From: a phage | Sequence record: PZ019085.1 | Length of the DNA stretch: 64,000 bases | Strand: one strand, 5' to 3' | The notes under the pieces: generated by a model | The model's database searches: none | What the model saw: only the letters and a program-made list of their open reading frames with translations | Told to the model about the DNA's origin: nothing | Shown here: positions 18,410 to 28,527 of the stretch, one piece after another | Position numbering within the stretch: position 1 is the stretch's first letter | Layout of the letters: every line of letters starts with the position of its first letter | Translations under genes and position numbers: made by a program

Positions 18410-18762
18410 CATATTCATTAAATCTTAAAGATTTCCAAGATGTATACGAAGTTTGTGCCAATGAACTTGGTCCTGATGCTCCAACTATTATTGAAGTTTT
18501 AAATGTGCTCCCTTCATCATTAGCTTACGAAGCCAAATCATGGGGTTGGAACGACACTGTCGTTCGTGATGACCTTTACGTCCTGATGAACGATATGATG
18601 GTTAAAAAGTCAGAACCGGTTGCACCAATGGTTACCATTACCGTTGAAGAATATAATCGCCTGCAAGCCATTGAAGAGCTTCTGTGGAACATTGAATGTG
18701 ACCTGCCGTCAGGGCTAGAATCCTGGATTGATTATGAAGAGCTCAATAAACTCCGGGGTTAA
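18406..18762 (+). CDS. Hypothetical acidic protein
   Basis: ORF track. Confidence 0.5.
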   Translation: MTYSLNLKDFQDVYEVCANELGPDAPTIIEVLNVLPSSLAYEAKSWGWNDTVVRDDLYVLMNDMMVKKSEPVAPMVTITVEEYNRLQAIEELLWNIECDLPSGLESWIDYEELNKLRG

Positions 18763-18901
18763 ACCGTGGTATTCTGCTCGATGGGAGACTGTCGAGCCAG
18801 ACGTCGAAACAGTTTACAACGACGAAGAAACGTGTTATGATGAACCTACAGTAAACGATATGATTGATTTAGAAATGGGAAGAGATTATTATGCAAGTTA
18901 A
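18734..18901 (+). CDS. Possible 55-aa acidic protein
   Basis: MKSSINSGVKPWYSARWETVEPDVETVYNDEETCYDEP...; below the track cutoff. Confidence 0.3.
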   Translation: MKSSINSGVKPWYSARWETVEPDVETVYNDEETCYDEPTVNDMIDLEMGRDYYAS

Positions 18902-19058
18902 ATTGTTATACCGTTTATTAAAAAGTGGCGAACATGATTGGTATGTGTTGATTAAAACTGAACCAAATTTTTTCTCCGGACAACCATTTACGGTTCGTCC
19001 TACTAAACGTCAGCTTCGCAAAGCTAAACGTTCTCATCGTAACTTTTATAGAGAATAA
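18891..19058 (+). CDS. Possible 55-aa basic protein
   Basis: MQVKLLYRLLKSGEHDWYVLIKTEPNFFSGQPFTVRPTKRQLRKAKR...; below the track cutoff. Confidence 0.3.
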   Translation: MQVKLLYRLLKSGEHDWYVLIKTEPNFFSGQPFTVRPTKRQLRKAKRSHRNFYRE

Positions 19059-19063
19059 TTGAT

Positions 19064-19489
19064 ATGAATATTTCTGAAACTCGCGGTAAATGGTTCAAGA
19101 TTGTTAAAGAAGATGAAGAACTACAAGACAAGTTTCCTGAATTAAAGAAAGATACGATCATCAAGGTAATTGGTACTACTACCGAAGATGGTTATGGCGA
19201 CCATGGCATTATCGAAGTGATGTTGAACACAGGTGAGAAACTTTGCATCTATGACCGTGATACTTCTCTTTGGTGCTTCTGGGAATCCCATTCAATAGAT
19301 GAACTCGAAGAAATTGATTCGGCTGATATTGCAGATGTGCTAGGTAGTAAACTTGGTGAATTCGAAGGTGAACGAATTTCTTATGCATTAGCTAAATTAG
19401 CCGGACAAGAAAATAACGACGGCTATGAAGGTAACCTGATGCAAGCAGCCGCAGAATACATTGAATATTTAGAAAGACGTTTAAGTTAA
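19064..19489 (+). CDS. Hypothetical acidic protein
   Basis: ORF track. Confidence 0.5.
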   Translation: MNISETRGKWFKIVKEDEELQDKFPELKKDTIIKVIGTTTEDGYGDHGIIEVMLNTGEKLCIYDRDTSLWCFWESHSIDELEEIDSADIADVLGSKLGEFEGERISYALAKLAGQENNDGYEGNLMQAAAEYIEYLERRLS

Positions 19490-19524
19490 TAAATACCCTT
19501 ATCTATTTAAGGTAAGGGTTTATC

Positions 19525-19998
19525 ATGTTATTATCAGGCGCAAAATATAAAGAAGAAAAACAAAAATTTTATGACGCACAGAACGGTAAGTGTCCTATTT
19601 GCCACCGCGAATTAGACCCTGATGTTCAAGGTAACCATCTTGACCACGACCATGAATTAAACGGGCCAAAAGCCGGTAGAGTTCGTGGATTACTCTGTAA
19701 TCTGTGCAACGCAGCAGAAGGTCAAATGAAGCATAAGTTCAACCGTTCTGGTCTTAAAGGCCGTGATGTCAACTACCTAGAATGGCTTGAATCTCTTCTT
19801 GATTATTTGAAACAAGATTATTCTGATAATAATATCCATCCTAATTTTGTTCCAGACAAAACTAAAGAGTTCTCAAGACTAGGTAAAGATGAAATGATGG
19901 CTGAGATGCTTCAAAGAGGATTTGAATATAATGAATCTGACACTAAAACACAGTTAATAGCTTCATTCAAAAAGCAGCTTAGAAAGAGTTTAAAATGA
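19525..19998 (+). CDS. 49: Endonuclease VII (Holliday-junction resolvase)
   Basis: MLLSGAKYKEEKQKFYDAQNGKCPICHRELDPDVQGNHLDHDHELNGPKAG... matches T4 gp49. Confidence 0.95.
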   Translation: MLLSGAKYKEEKQKFYDAQNGKCPICHRELDPDVQGNHLDHDHELNGPKAGRVRGLLCNLCNAAEGQMKHKFNRSGLKGRDVNYLEWLESLLDYLKQDYSDNNIHPNFVPDKTKEFSRLGKDEMMAEMLQRGFEYNESDTKTQLIASFKKQLRKSLK

Positions 19999-21812
19999 AA
20001 ATTGAAAAAGAAATTGAAGGATTAATTCATAAAACTAATAAAGATCTTTTGAACGAGAATGCTAATAAAGATTCTCGTGTTTTTCCAACTCAACGGGACC
20101 TTATGGCTGGTATTGTGTCTAAACACATTGCCAAAAATATGGTCCCGTCTTTTATTATGAAAGCGCATGAAAGCGGAATTATCCATTTCCACGATATTGA
20201 TTATTCCCCTGCTCTTCCATTTACTAATTGCTGTTTAGTAGATTTAAAAGGGATGCTTGAGAATGGATTTAAGCTTGGTAATGCGCAGATTGAAACTCCT
20301 AAATCAATCGGTGTTGCTACTGCAATTATGGCACAAATTACTGCACAGGTTGCTTCTCATCAATATGGTGGAACGACTTTTGCGAATGTAGATAAAGTAC
20401 TTTCTCCTTATGTTAAACGCACCTATGCAAAACATATCGAGGATGCAGAAAAATGGCAAATCGCCGATGCACCGAATTATGCTCAATCTAAAACAGAAAA
20501 AGACGTATACGATGCATTCCAAGCTTATGAATATGAAGTAAATACTCTCTTTAGTTCAAACGGGCAAACGCCTTTTGTAACAATTACATTTGGCACGGGA
20601 ACTGACTGGACTGAACGAATGATTCAGAAAGCAATTCTGAAAAATCGTATTAAAGGTCTTGGTCGTGATGGAATAACTCCTATTTTCCCTAAGCTTGTTA
20701 TGTTCGTCGAAGAAGGTGTTAATCTTTACAAAGACGATCCGAACTATGATATTAAGCAGCTTGCTCTAGAGTGCGCAAGCAAAAGGATGTATCCTGACAT
20801 TATTTCGGTTAAGAATAATAAAGCTATTACTGGTTCTTCAATTCCAGTTTCTCCAATGGGTTGCCGTAGTTTCTTGGGCGTATGGAAAGATTCGACTGGT
20901 AATGAAATTCTTGATGGACGTAATAATCTTGGTGTTGTAACGCTGAATCTTCCTCGAATTGCGTTAGATTCTTATATTGGAACACAATTTAACGAACAGA
21001 AATTTATTGAATTATTCAATGAACGTATGGATTTGTGTTTTGAAGCTTTGATGTGTAGAATTAGTTCTTTAAAAGGAGTTAAAGCAACTGTTGCTCCTAT
21101 TCTTTACCAAGAAGGTGCATTCGGGGTTCGTCTTAAACCGGATGATGATATAATTGAGTTATTTAAAAACGGTAGAAGTTCAGTGTCTTTGGGATACATT
21201 GGTATTCACGAATTGAATATTCTTGTCGGTCGTGATATTGGACAAGAAATTTTAACTAAAATGAATGCTCGTCTTAAGCAGTGGACCGAAAGAACCGGTT
21301 TTGCTTTTAGCTTGTATTCTACTCCTGCTGAAAACCTTTGCTATCGCTTCTGTAAACTTGATACTGAAAAATATGGAAGTGTAAAAGATGTTACTGATAA
21401 AGGATGGTACACTAATAGTTTCCATGTTTCAGTAGAAGAAAATATTACTCCGTTTGAAAAGATTTCTCGCGAAGCGCCATATCATTTCATTGCGACAGGC
21501 GGTCACATTTCTTATGTTGAACTTCCTGATATGAAAAATAACCTAAAAGGTCTTGAGGCTGTCTGGGATTATGCTGCACAACATTTAGATTATTTTGGTG
21601 TTAATATGCCAGTAGATAAATGTTTTACGTGTGGAAGTACCCATGAAATGACTCCGACTGAAAACGGATTTGTTTGTTCAGTTTGTGGAGAAACTGATCC
21701 TAAAAAGATGAACACAATAAGAAGAACATGCGGCTATTTGGGAAATCCGAACGAACGCGGATTTAATCTCGGTAAAAATAAAGAAATAATGCATAGGGTT
21801 AAACACCAATGA
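19995..21812 (+). CDS. nrdD: Anaerobic ribonucleoside-triphosphate reductase
   Basis: 605 aa; C-terminal glycyl-radical motif RRTCGYLG and Cys-rich zinc site; no intron interruption. Confidence 0.95.
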   Translation: MKIEKEIEGLIHKTNKDLLNENANKDSRVFPTQRDLMAGIVSKHIAKNMVPSFIMKAHESGIIHFHDIDYSPALPFTNCCLVDLKGMLENGFKLGNAQIETPKSIGVATAIMAQITAQVASHQYGGTTFANVDKVLSPYVKRTYAKHIEDAEKWQIADAPNYAQSKTEKDVYDAFQAYEYEVNTLFSSNGQTPFVTITFGTGTDWTERMIQKAILKNRIKGLGRDGITPIFPKLVMFVEEGVNLYKDDPNYDIKQLALECASKRMYPDIISVKNNKAITGSSIPVSPMGCRSFLGVWKDSTGNEILDGRNNLGVVTLNLPRIALDSYIGTQFNEQKFIELFNERMDLCFEALMCRISSLKGVKATVAPILYQEGAFGVRLKPDDDIIELFKNGRSSVSLGYIGIHELNILVGRDIGQEILTKMNARLKQWTERTGFAFSLYSTPAENLCYRFCKLDTEKYGSVKDVTDKGWYTNSFHVSVEENITPFEKISREAPYHFIATGGHISYVELPDMKNNLKGLEAVWDYAAQHLDYFGVNMPVDKCFTCGSTHEMTPTENGFVCSVCGETDPKKMNTIRRTCGYLGNPNERGFNLGKNKEIMHRVKHQ

Positions 21813-22279
21813 ATTATGATAGATTTTATCCTTGCGATTTTGTGAATGGCCCTGGTTGCAGGGTCGTTCTTTTCGTTACAGGTTGTTTGCATAAATGCGA
21901 AGGGTGTTATAATAAATCAACATGGAATGCTAGAAATGGTATTCCATTCACTAGTGAAACACTAGAACAATTAATTGAATGTTTGAATAATGATTATATA
22001 GAAGGATTAACTATAACTGGAGGAGACCCTCTTTATCCTGATAACAGAGACGTTATTCACTCTGTGATTCAAACTATTAAAAATCTTTATCCCAATAAAA
22101 GCATTTGGTTGTGGACAGGATATAAGTTTGAAGATATTAAACAACTAGAAATGCTTAAATATGTTGATGTTATTATTGATGGTAAGTATGAGAAAAATCT
22201 TCCGACCAAAAAGTTGTGGCGAGGATCAGATAATCAGCGACTTTGGTCAAATACCGATGGGGTGTGGAAACATGATTAA
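21809..22279 (+). CDS. nrdG: Anaerobic RNR activating enzyme (radical SAM)
   Basis: CLHKCEGC radical-SAM cysteine motif; directly follows nrdD. Confidence 0.9.
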   Translation: MNYDRFYPCDFVNGPGCRVVLFVTGCLHKCEGCYNKSTWNARNGIPFTSETLEQLIECLNNDYIEGLTITGGDPLYPDNRDVIHSVIQTIKNLYPNKSIWLWTGYKFEDIKQLEMLKYVDVIIDGKYEKNLPTKKLWRGSDNQRLWSNTDGVWKHD

Positions 22280-22393
22280 ATTGAATTATATTATGGATAC
22301 TATAAATGATATGATTTTTCATTTTGGTCCAGAATTTTATTCACAGTGTAGTTTAGTGCTTATCAATGCTTGGTTAACCAATTAAGGGTAAAT

Positions 22394-22609
22394 ATGTATA
22401 AATTTCGTAAAGGTTTAGCTGATTTTCTTACAACTGTAACGTTCTTTTTGTTTATGGCAGTTGGAGCTATTTTTCTTATTCCTTTTACTGTTGTATTTTT
22501 CGTGATTAGTTTAATTTCTCCAGAAAAAGGACTATCTTCTAGCGAGTTTAATGAACGCCTGGATAAAATTACTAATAAGTTGAATGATGTTCTTGATAAA
22601 AAGGCTTAA
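22394..22609 (+). CDS. Small membrane protein
   Basis: TM segment FFLFMAVGAIFLIPFTVVFFVISLI. Confidence 0.4.
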   Translation: MYKFRKGLADFLTTVTFFLFMAVGAIFLIPFTVVFFVISLISPEKGLSSSEFNERLDKITNKLNDVLDKKA

Positions 22610-22611
22610 TT

Positions 22612-22923
22612 ATGATTAGTTTTGAGCGGTATGTGGTAGAGAGTTGGAAGGGGTTTGATATGTTCGGTAATGACTATTATTTTTACGAATGTAGTCTAAA
22701 TCCTAGTTTTTGGGCTGGACGTGAACGAGATCTCGAAGAAATTAATGCTCGTGCCGAATTGTTAGGTGAACTGCCTACGGTTTATTTTACCTTTGACGCG
22801 TCTGGATTTGTTATCCAGGTTTATTTTCCTGAAGAAAACTCTGGTGAGGATTCTGTTAATCCTCCTTATTGGGCTTATCAAGGAATTATTTCTCGTGGAA
22901 CAAAACTCGAACTTAAAGAATAA
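22612..22923 (+). CDS. Hypothetical protein
   Basis: ORF track. Confidence 0.45.
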   Translation: MISFERYVVESWKGFDMFGNDYYFYECSLNPSFWAGRERDLEEINARAELLGELPTVYFTFDASGFVIQVYFPEENSGEDSVNPPYWAYQGIISRGTKLELKE

Positions 22924-23218
22924 GATTGAAATTTATGGCATCCCTGAAGAAGTAGGACGTTGTCCAGGATGTTATACTGTTACAAAACTTTTAAAGGAAC
23001 TCAATGCTCCTTATACATTTTATAAAGTCCTCACTAATAATGGTAAGATTGAATATGACCGTCCTTTAATCGTATCTCTTGCTAAACGTGCAGGATTCAC
23101 TTCACTTAATATTCGTTATCCTGTCATATTTTTAAATGGTAAGAAACAAAAGAATATTGCAGAGTTTAAAAAGTCCTTGATTTCATTAGGATACGACTCT
23201 GATATCATAGAAGATTGA
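22895..23218 (+). CDS. Glutaredoxin-like protein (NrdH-like)
   Basis: KIEIYGIPEEVGRCPGCY CxxC motif early in the protein; start uncertain (GTG 22895 or ATT 22925). Confidence 0.45.
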   Translation: MEQNSNLKNKIEIYGIPEEVGRCPGCYTVTKLLKELNAPYTFYKVLTNNGKIEYDRPLIVSLAKRAGFTSLNIRYPVIFLNGKKQKNIAEFKKSLISLGYDSDIIED

Positions 23219-23245
23219 CCAGGTGCCGCCTGGTCTTCTTTATCT
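23217..23245 (+). terminator. Rho-independent terminator
   Basis: Stem gaccagg/cctggtc followed by a T-rich tract. Confidence 0.55.
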
Positions 23246-23383
23246 CATTTCTAATATAATCCATTGGAATCTTCACTTCACTATCTCCTTGTGCCCCTCT
23301 CAAATCAAAAATATTTTCATAAAACAGTTTACATCCTCAATAGATGTGTTAAGATTAAACCATCTACTATAGAGGAAAATAAA

Positions 23384-23566
23384 ATGACAATTGAAGATAA
23401 AGAAATTAAGGTCGACCAGTACTATTCTGTCAACGGTAATGCAGTACAGATAACCAGAGTTTCAAGCCTGGATGTTTGGTACCGTTCAATCAAATATCCA
23501 GAAATTGGTGAAATGCTTTGTGACCGTGGTATCTTCTGTTCAATTGCGAAGGAAATTAAGTCATGA
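23384..23566 (+). CDS. Hypothetical small protein
   Basis: ATG 23384 after agagg. Confidence 0.4.
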   Translation: MTIEDKEIKVDQYYSVNGNAVQITRVSSLDVWYRSIKYPEIGEMLCDRGIFCSIAKEIKS

Positions 23567-23811
23567 TTAGTTTAGATTCAAAGAAAGTTGTTCTAACCCT
23601 TAAAGTTAATGACGAGCGACTGGTATTCATTACCATTTCCGATTTACATGTTGAAATTGCTAATGGCGTCCGTACTTATCAAACGACTAAAACACAATGG
23701 GATTATATCCCGATGTTGACGTTCACTCAGCGTTTAGAATCAATCGGTCTCAAAGACCTTTCAGTAAGTGAAGTGAATTTTATCAAACGTGTCGTATCAA
23801 TCAACCTCTGA
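23563..23811 (+). CDS. Hypothetical protein
   Basis: ORF track. Confidence 0.45.
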   Translation: MISLDSKKVVLTLKVNDERLVFITISDLHVEIANGVRTYQTTKTQWDYIPMLTFTQRLESIGLKDLSVSEVNFIKRVVSINL

Positions 23812-23818
23812 GGTACTT

Positions 23819-24112
23819 ATGGGTAAAACATATCGTCGTAAAGATTTGAAAGTTCGCGATTACGACTATTTTGGTAAGCGTAAAGCTCCTGACGGTGTTA
23901 GCCACAAAGATATGGTTGAAAACATTTTCCGCTCAGATAAATGGAAACGTATGAAAGGCGTTGATTCTGAAGTCAAGAATGAAATGAATCGACAACTCCG
24001 CAAAGAAGTTCGTAAGTTGAAAAAAGATGTTTACAGTAAAGAAGATTATGATTATAATACTTCTCATATTGAAGCCAAACGTAAAGCTAACGAATGTTAT
24101 CGTTACAGTTGA
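23819..24112 (+). CDS. Hypothetical basic protein
   Basis: Lys/Arg-rich; ATG 23819 after gaggt. Confidence 0.45.
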   Translation: MGKTYRRKDLKVRDYDYFGKRKAPDGVSHKDMVENIFRSDKWKRMKGVDSEVKNEMNRQLRKEVRKLKKDVYSKEDYDYNTSHIEAKRKANECYRYS

Positions 24113-24250
24113 GGAAATTATGAATATCAAACGAATGCTTTTTAAGCAGGGATTATATACTTTAAATGTTAATCCAAAGGGTGATACAACTAAATGGTCT
24201 GTAAATGACTGGATTAAGTTCATCGATGAAAATGGGACGTGGAACACAAA

Positions 24251-24451
24251 ATGAATCCTGAAAATATTGTGTCATGGCAACTTCGTGAAGAACGTGCCGA
24301 ATTCTTTGCCAATATGAAACTCAACGGTGTTGAGGATGAAGACTTTTTACGCTGGTTCTGGATTTACAAATACAAAGAATGCCAACATGCTGTGCTATTG
24401 ACTTGCGCAATTATGTACGAAGGCTGGAAAGGCGCTAAAAAGTTCGGTTAA
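24251..24451 (+). CDS. Hypothetical protein
   Basis: ORF track. Confidence 0.4.
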   Translation: MNPENIVSWQLREERAEFFANMKLNGVEDEDFLRWFWIYKYKECQHAVLLTCAIMYEGWKGAKKFG

Positions 24452-24506
24452 TAGTTTATGATGGTAGGAAGATAACACTTCTTCCTACCAATTTGAGGAG
24501 AATACC

Positions 24507-24746
24507 ATGGAACAAGAATTAGACATTATTACATCGAAAAAACGTCTTGAAGTCGTAGTGAATGGCTCAACTATTAAGTTTGTATATGACACTTTAACTG
24601 ATGCTATTACTGTTAGTTGCGGTGGAAAGGCTTTTAGTCTAGATTCTACTGAAAACAAATACCCGTTCTATAAAGGTATCTTTGATATGGGTGTTGATAT
24701 CAGTGTTCGCCAAGCAAACTATTTACATTATCTTATCACGAAATAA
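24507..24746 (+). CDS. Hypothetical protein
   Basis: ORF track; SD gaggag. Confidence 0.45.
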   Translation: MEQELDIITSKKRLEVVVNGSTIKFVYDTLTDAITVSCGGKAFSLDSTENKYPFYKGIFDMGVDISVRQANYLHYLITK

Positions 24747-24812
24747 CGCACAAACTCTTGAGAGCAGAGTATAATGCTCTCATTGGATAATAAAATAACC
24801 GAGGAAAATAAT

Positions 24813-25145
24813 ATGTCTACTAAAATAAAAAACGTAGTTAATTCTTTCGCTTTCGATAAAGTTGTTGCTCTTCTAGAAAAAGGCGGTATTGTTACTCCTC
24901 AAGTTCTTGACGCATGGGAATTCCGTCTTTATGAAATCATGCAAAAACACGACCAGAAAATTGGACGTAATTCTATTCGTGAAATTCTAGTACAATATAT
25001 TCTTTCCGAATTTGACGTTGCTGCATTTGGTGTTGAATCTAAAGCTTATCAGAAACATGAAATCTCTGAAAAAACTATCCGTCGTATGAAAAATCAACGT
25101 AAGAAAAAATTCGTTGACCTAAAAATTGTTAAGGCGGTAAAATGA
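24813..25145 (+). CDS. Hypothetical protein
   Basis: ATG 24813 after gaggaaa. Confidence 0.45.
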   Translation: MSTKIKNVVNSFAFDKVVALLEKGGIVTPQVLDAWEFRLYEIMQKHDQKIGRNSIREILVQYILSEFDVAAFGVESKAYQKHEISEKTIRRMKNQRKKKFVDLKIVKAVK

Positions 25146-25369
25146 GCGTATTAACAGAAACTTTGATTAATGATCTGCGTCTAGCTGGTTACGAAGTTGG
25201 TACAAATAGTCTAGGTCTTCCTCAGATTGAAGGTCCTGGATTTATTCTAGAATATGAATTTAAACAATGGTGGCTATATGCTACGGTTGACGATGCGTTG
25301 AATATTGATTTCGTTGACCAATTTGATTCGCTGGATGCTGCTCTTGAAGCAGCAAAGGAACTAGAATGA
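25142..25369 (+). CDS. Hypothetical acidic protein
   Basis: ORF track. Confidence 0.45.
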   Translation: MSVLTETLINDLRLAGYEVGTNSLGLPQIEGPGFILEYEFKQWWLYATVDDALNIDFVDQFDSLDAALEAAKELE

Positions 25370-25635
25370 AACTATCTCGAATCGCTATAACTGAAGAAAA
25401 GCTGGGCGAATTTTACGTCGACAACTTTATGAAAGTCACGTATTTTCCATTCGTTAAAGGTGTTGGTTTTTGGGAAACTCATGTATCTCAATTAAACGAA
25501 GGCGACTATAACGAAACACATGAGAACTTTTTAGATTTTCTTTATAATGCCGGTCTTACTGAGCTTTATATCGATATCCATGAGTTCAAACGTTTAATGG
25601 AAAAAGTGTTTCAGGCTTATTGTTTGCTCCGATAG
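25366..25635 (+). CDS. Hypothetical protein
   Basis: ORF track. Confidence 0.45.
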   Translation: MKLSRIAITEEKLGEFYVDNFMKVTYFPFVKGVGFWETHVSQLNEGDYNETHENFLDFLYNAGLTELYIDIHEFKRLMEKVFQAYCLLR

Positions 25636-25707
25636 TATCTCGTGCTTTAAGATAGGTCTCTAAATATTATGATATAATAGACCTATGAATTGAGCCAAGA
25701 GGTACTT

Positions 25708-26265
25708 ATGACTGAACAAAAACCTAAAAATAACTATGTGAATAATAAAGAGCTTCTCGCCGCTATAATCGAGTGGAAAAAGGAGCTCTTAAATAATAAA
25801 GACCCAAACAAAATTATTCGTCAGAATGATACCATCGGTTTAGCAATTATGCTTATTGCCGAAGGCCTGTCTAAACGTTTCAACTTTTCAGGATATACCC
25901 AGTCTTGGAAGCAGGAGATGATTGCAGATGGGATTGAAGCCTCTATTAAGGGACTTCATAATTTCGACGAAACTAAGTACAATAACCCACATGCATACAT
26001 AACTCGAGCTTGTTTTAATGCTTTTGTCCAACGTATCAAAAAAGAACGTAAGGAAGTTGCAAAGAAATATAGTTACTTCGTTCATAATGTCTACGACAGT
26101 CATGACGATGATATGGTAGCGTTAGTAGATGAAACGTTTATTCAAGACATCTACGATAAAATGACGCATTATGAAGAATCCGCTTATAAAGCTCCTGGGG
26201 CTGAAAAGAAGGAAGTTGTTAGCGATTCGCCTAGTTTGGATTTTTTATATGAGGATGACAATTGA
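25708..26265 (+). CDS. 55: Late-transcription sigma factor gp55
   Basis: [35 protein letters not shown]... matches T4 gp55. Confidence 0.95.
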   Translation: MTEQKPKNNYVNNKELLAAIIEWKKELLNNKDPNKIIRQNDTIGLAIMLIAEGLSKRFNFSGYTQSWKQEMIADGIEASIKGLHNFDETKYNNPHAYITRACFNAFVQRIKKERKEVAKKYSYFVHNVYDSHDDDMVALVDETFIQDIYDKMTHYEESAYKAPGAEKKEVVSDSPSLDFLYEDDN

Positions 26266-26465
26266 CATCTCTAACTACTTAGAAGAACCTTTTGACGAAG
26301 CAATCCCTTATTTGGTAAAACTGTTGGGTCGTGAATTTAAAATTAATTTTGACATCGACCCTTTGAACCCACATGACGTGTCATTTTCAATAAATGGGAC
26401 TCCAGTTGAGTACGAGTTCTGTATTGAAGAGGATGGACGTTTTTATTTTAATTTAATGAGATAAT

Positions 26466-26789
26466 ATGACTACCGAGATTATTGAAAATAAAGAAGCAGA
26501 AGATGCAGTAGCTAAAATGCTACAAGAAATCCAAAAGAAAAATGAAGCTGAAGCACGTAAAAAATCCGAAAAGATTCTTAAAAAGAATCGTTTTGAACTA
26601 AACCGTCTTTATGCCCACGCTCAAGAAGCAGCAATTCAAAACAACTTCGAAGCTTACGAATATGCTATTAAGAAATCTCGGGATATTCTACGACAACCAT
26701 ATAATGACAAGTTAATTAAAATCCAGTGGGTTACTACTCGTCAGGCTATTGAGGACATTATTAATGGCACTAGTTCAAACAAAGTTTAA
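26466..26789 (+). CDS. Hypothetical protein
   Basis: ORF track. Confidence 0.45.
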   Translation: MTTEIIENKEAEDAVAKMLQEIQKKNEAEARKKSEKILKKNRFELNRLYAHAQEAAIQNNFEAYEYAIKKSRDILRQPYNDKLIKIQWVTTRQAIEDIINGTSSNKV

Positions 26790-27009
26790 ACGTCTGAAGC
26801 TGAACGCGGGGTTCACCATTAAATTGGGAGGTCCTCTTTGTGTTAAAATTTCTGAAAAGGAATATCACGACGGTTCTATTACAGAAATTTGTCCGCCTAT
26901 TGTAAAGGCAGACCCAAAACAACTCGTGTGGGTCGATTCATTTCAAGTTAAGAAATGGTGGAAACGATGAGAGAAATTGATTTAGGCATTTTCTGAGAGG
27001 TGCTTATGC

Positions 27010-27183
27010 ATGACGAACATCCCGATTTCTGAAAATTTCGATAAAATCCGTAAAGGCAAAGCAGAAAGAATGAGACGTTTTAAAGAGTCTTATGATAAAG
27101 CTAAAGCCGAAGGAACTATTACATACAAGCCCATTCGATTTAAAAGTTCAAATGAGCCTCTGTACGGTGTACTATGTGGATAG
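27010..27183 (+). CDS. Possible 57-aa basic protein
   Basis: MTNIPISENFDKIRKGKAERMRRFKESYDKAKAEG...; below the track cutoff; followed by a terminator. Confidence 0.3.
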   Translation: MTNIPISENFDKIRKGKAERMRRFKESYDKAKAEGTITYKPIRFKSSNEPLYGVLCG

Positions 27184-27207
27184 GAACTCTTCGGAGTTCC
27201 TTTTTTT
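27183..27207 (+). terminator. Rho-independent terminator
   Basis: ggaactc-ttcg-gagttcc stem-loop followed by seven T. Confidence 0.7.
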
Positions 27208-27230
27208 GCTTTATAAACGGATGATAGAAT
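27207..27230 (+). promoter_or_regulatory. MotA-dependent middle promoter (MotA box TGCTTTA, -10 tagaat)
   Basis: TGCTTTA at 27207-27213, 11-nt spacer, tagaat at 27225-27230; upstream of gene 47. Confidence 0.55.
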
Positions 27231-27253
27231 GAATTAACTAATGAGGAAATAAT

Positions 27254-28273
27254 ATGAAAATTTTAAATTTAGGTGATTGGCATTTAGGTGTTAAAGCCGA
27301 TGATGAGTGGGTTCAATCCATTCAGTTGGATGGAATTAAGCAGGCGATAGAATATTCTAAGAAAAATGGAATTACTACATGGATTCAATACGGCGATATT
27401 TTTGATGTGCGAAAAGCAATCACGCATAAAACTATGGAGTTCGCACGTGAAATAGTTCAAATGCTTGATGATGCTGGTATTACCCTACATACTGTTGTAG
27501 GAAACCATGATATGCACTTTAAAAATACTTTAACTCCAAACGCTTCTACTGAGCTTTTAGCTAAATATCCTAATGTTAAAGTATATGATAAGCCTACTAC
27601 AGTAGATTTTGACGGATGTTTGATTGATTTAATTCCTTGGATGTGCGAAGAAAATACTGGTGAAATCTTAGAGCACATCAAGACTTCTTCTGCTGCGTAT
27701 TGTGTTGGGCACTGGGAACTGAATGGCTTTTATTTCTATAAAGGAATGAAGTCTCATGGGCTTGAACCTGATTTCTTAAAGACCTATAAACAAGTCTGGT
27801 CTGGCCACTTCCACACAATCTCTGAAGCTGCTAACGTCAAATATATTGGGACACCATGGACCCTTACTGCAGGCGATGAGAACGACCCACGCGGATTCTG
27901 GGTATTTGACACTGATGTTGAACGTATGGAATTTATTCCTAATGAAACAACATGGCATCGACGAATCACTTATCCGTTTAAAGGCAAAATCAATTATTCT
28001 GATTATACTAATCTAGCCGTACGTGTTATAGTATCAGAAATTGATTCAGAGTTGACTAAGTTTGAATCTGAACTTGAAAAAGTAGTTCACTCTCTTCGTA
28101 TGGTTTCTAAAGTTGATAACAGTGTTGAATCTGATGACGACCAGGAAATCGAGATTAAATCACTTCAAGATATCATTAAAGAATATATTGACGCGATTCC
28201 AGATATCTCAGACGAAGACAGAGAAGCGCTGGTCAAATATTCCAACGAACTTTATATTGAGGCAACACAATGA
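27254..28273 (+). CDS. 47: Recombination nuclease subunit gp47 (Mre11/SbcD-like)
   Basis: Phosphoesterase motifs GDWHLG, GDIFD, GNHD. Confidence 0.9.
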   Translation: MKILNLGDWHLGVKADDEWVQSIQLDGIKQAIEYSKKNGITTWIQYGDIFDVRKAITHKTMEFAREIVQMLDDAGITLHTVVGNHDMHFKNTLTPNASTELLAKYPNVKVYDKPTTVDFDGCLIDLIPWMCEENTGEILEHIKTSSAAYCVGHWELNGFYFYKGMKSHGLEPDFLKTYKQVWSGHFHTISEAANVKYIGTPWTLTAGDENDPRGFWVFDTDVERMEFIPNETTWHRRITYPFKGKINYSDYTNLAVRVIVSEIDSELTKFESELEKVVHSLRMVSKVDNSVESDDDQEIEIKSLQDIIKEYIDAIPDISDEDREALVKYSNELYIEATQ

Positions 28274-28527
28274 CTTTAGATGAATTTAACAATGCTGGAC
28301 TCAGGCTTGAAGTTGAAATGGACGTTAAAGATGATGATGGATTCGAGAACACTATCAAGTATTGGATTGAGCCATTACGCGTTGAAGGCAATGAAGTTAA
28401 AGCAGTTCATGTCTGCACCGACTGGGCCATTGAATTTAGCTTTAATATAATGGACAACGATACTCCTGGCTCTATTCTTAAAATGGCCGAAGCGTGTATT
28501 GAGGATGCGTATAATGACGAAGACTGA
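28270..28527 (+). CDS. Hypothetical acidic protein
   Basis: ORF track. Confidence 0.45.
   Translation: MTLDEFNNAGLRLEVEMDVKDDDGFENTIKYWIEPLRVEGNEVKAVHVCTDWAIEFSFNIMDNDTPGSILKMAEACIEDAYNDED

Noticed and set aside
19995-21812. Group I intron in nrdD, or an intein in gp43 or gp41
   Set aside because: nrdD, gene 43 and gene 41 are continuous full-length ORFs with no frame breaks.
22161-22385. 74-aa ORF overlapping the nrdG 3' end
   Set aside because: It is out of frame within nrdG, lacks an SD, and is covered by better-supported neighbours.
26249-26464. ORF overlapping the end of gene 55 ([15 protein letters not shown]...)
   Set aside because: The start is ambiguous (the SD is too close to one ATG and absent for the other). 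It may be real, but I could not support it well enough to call.
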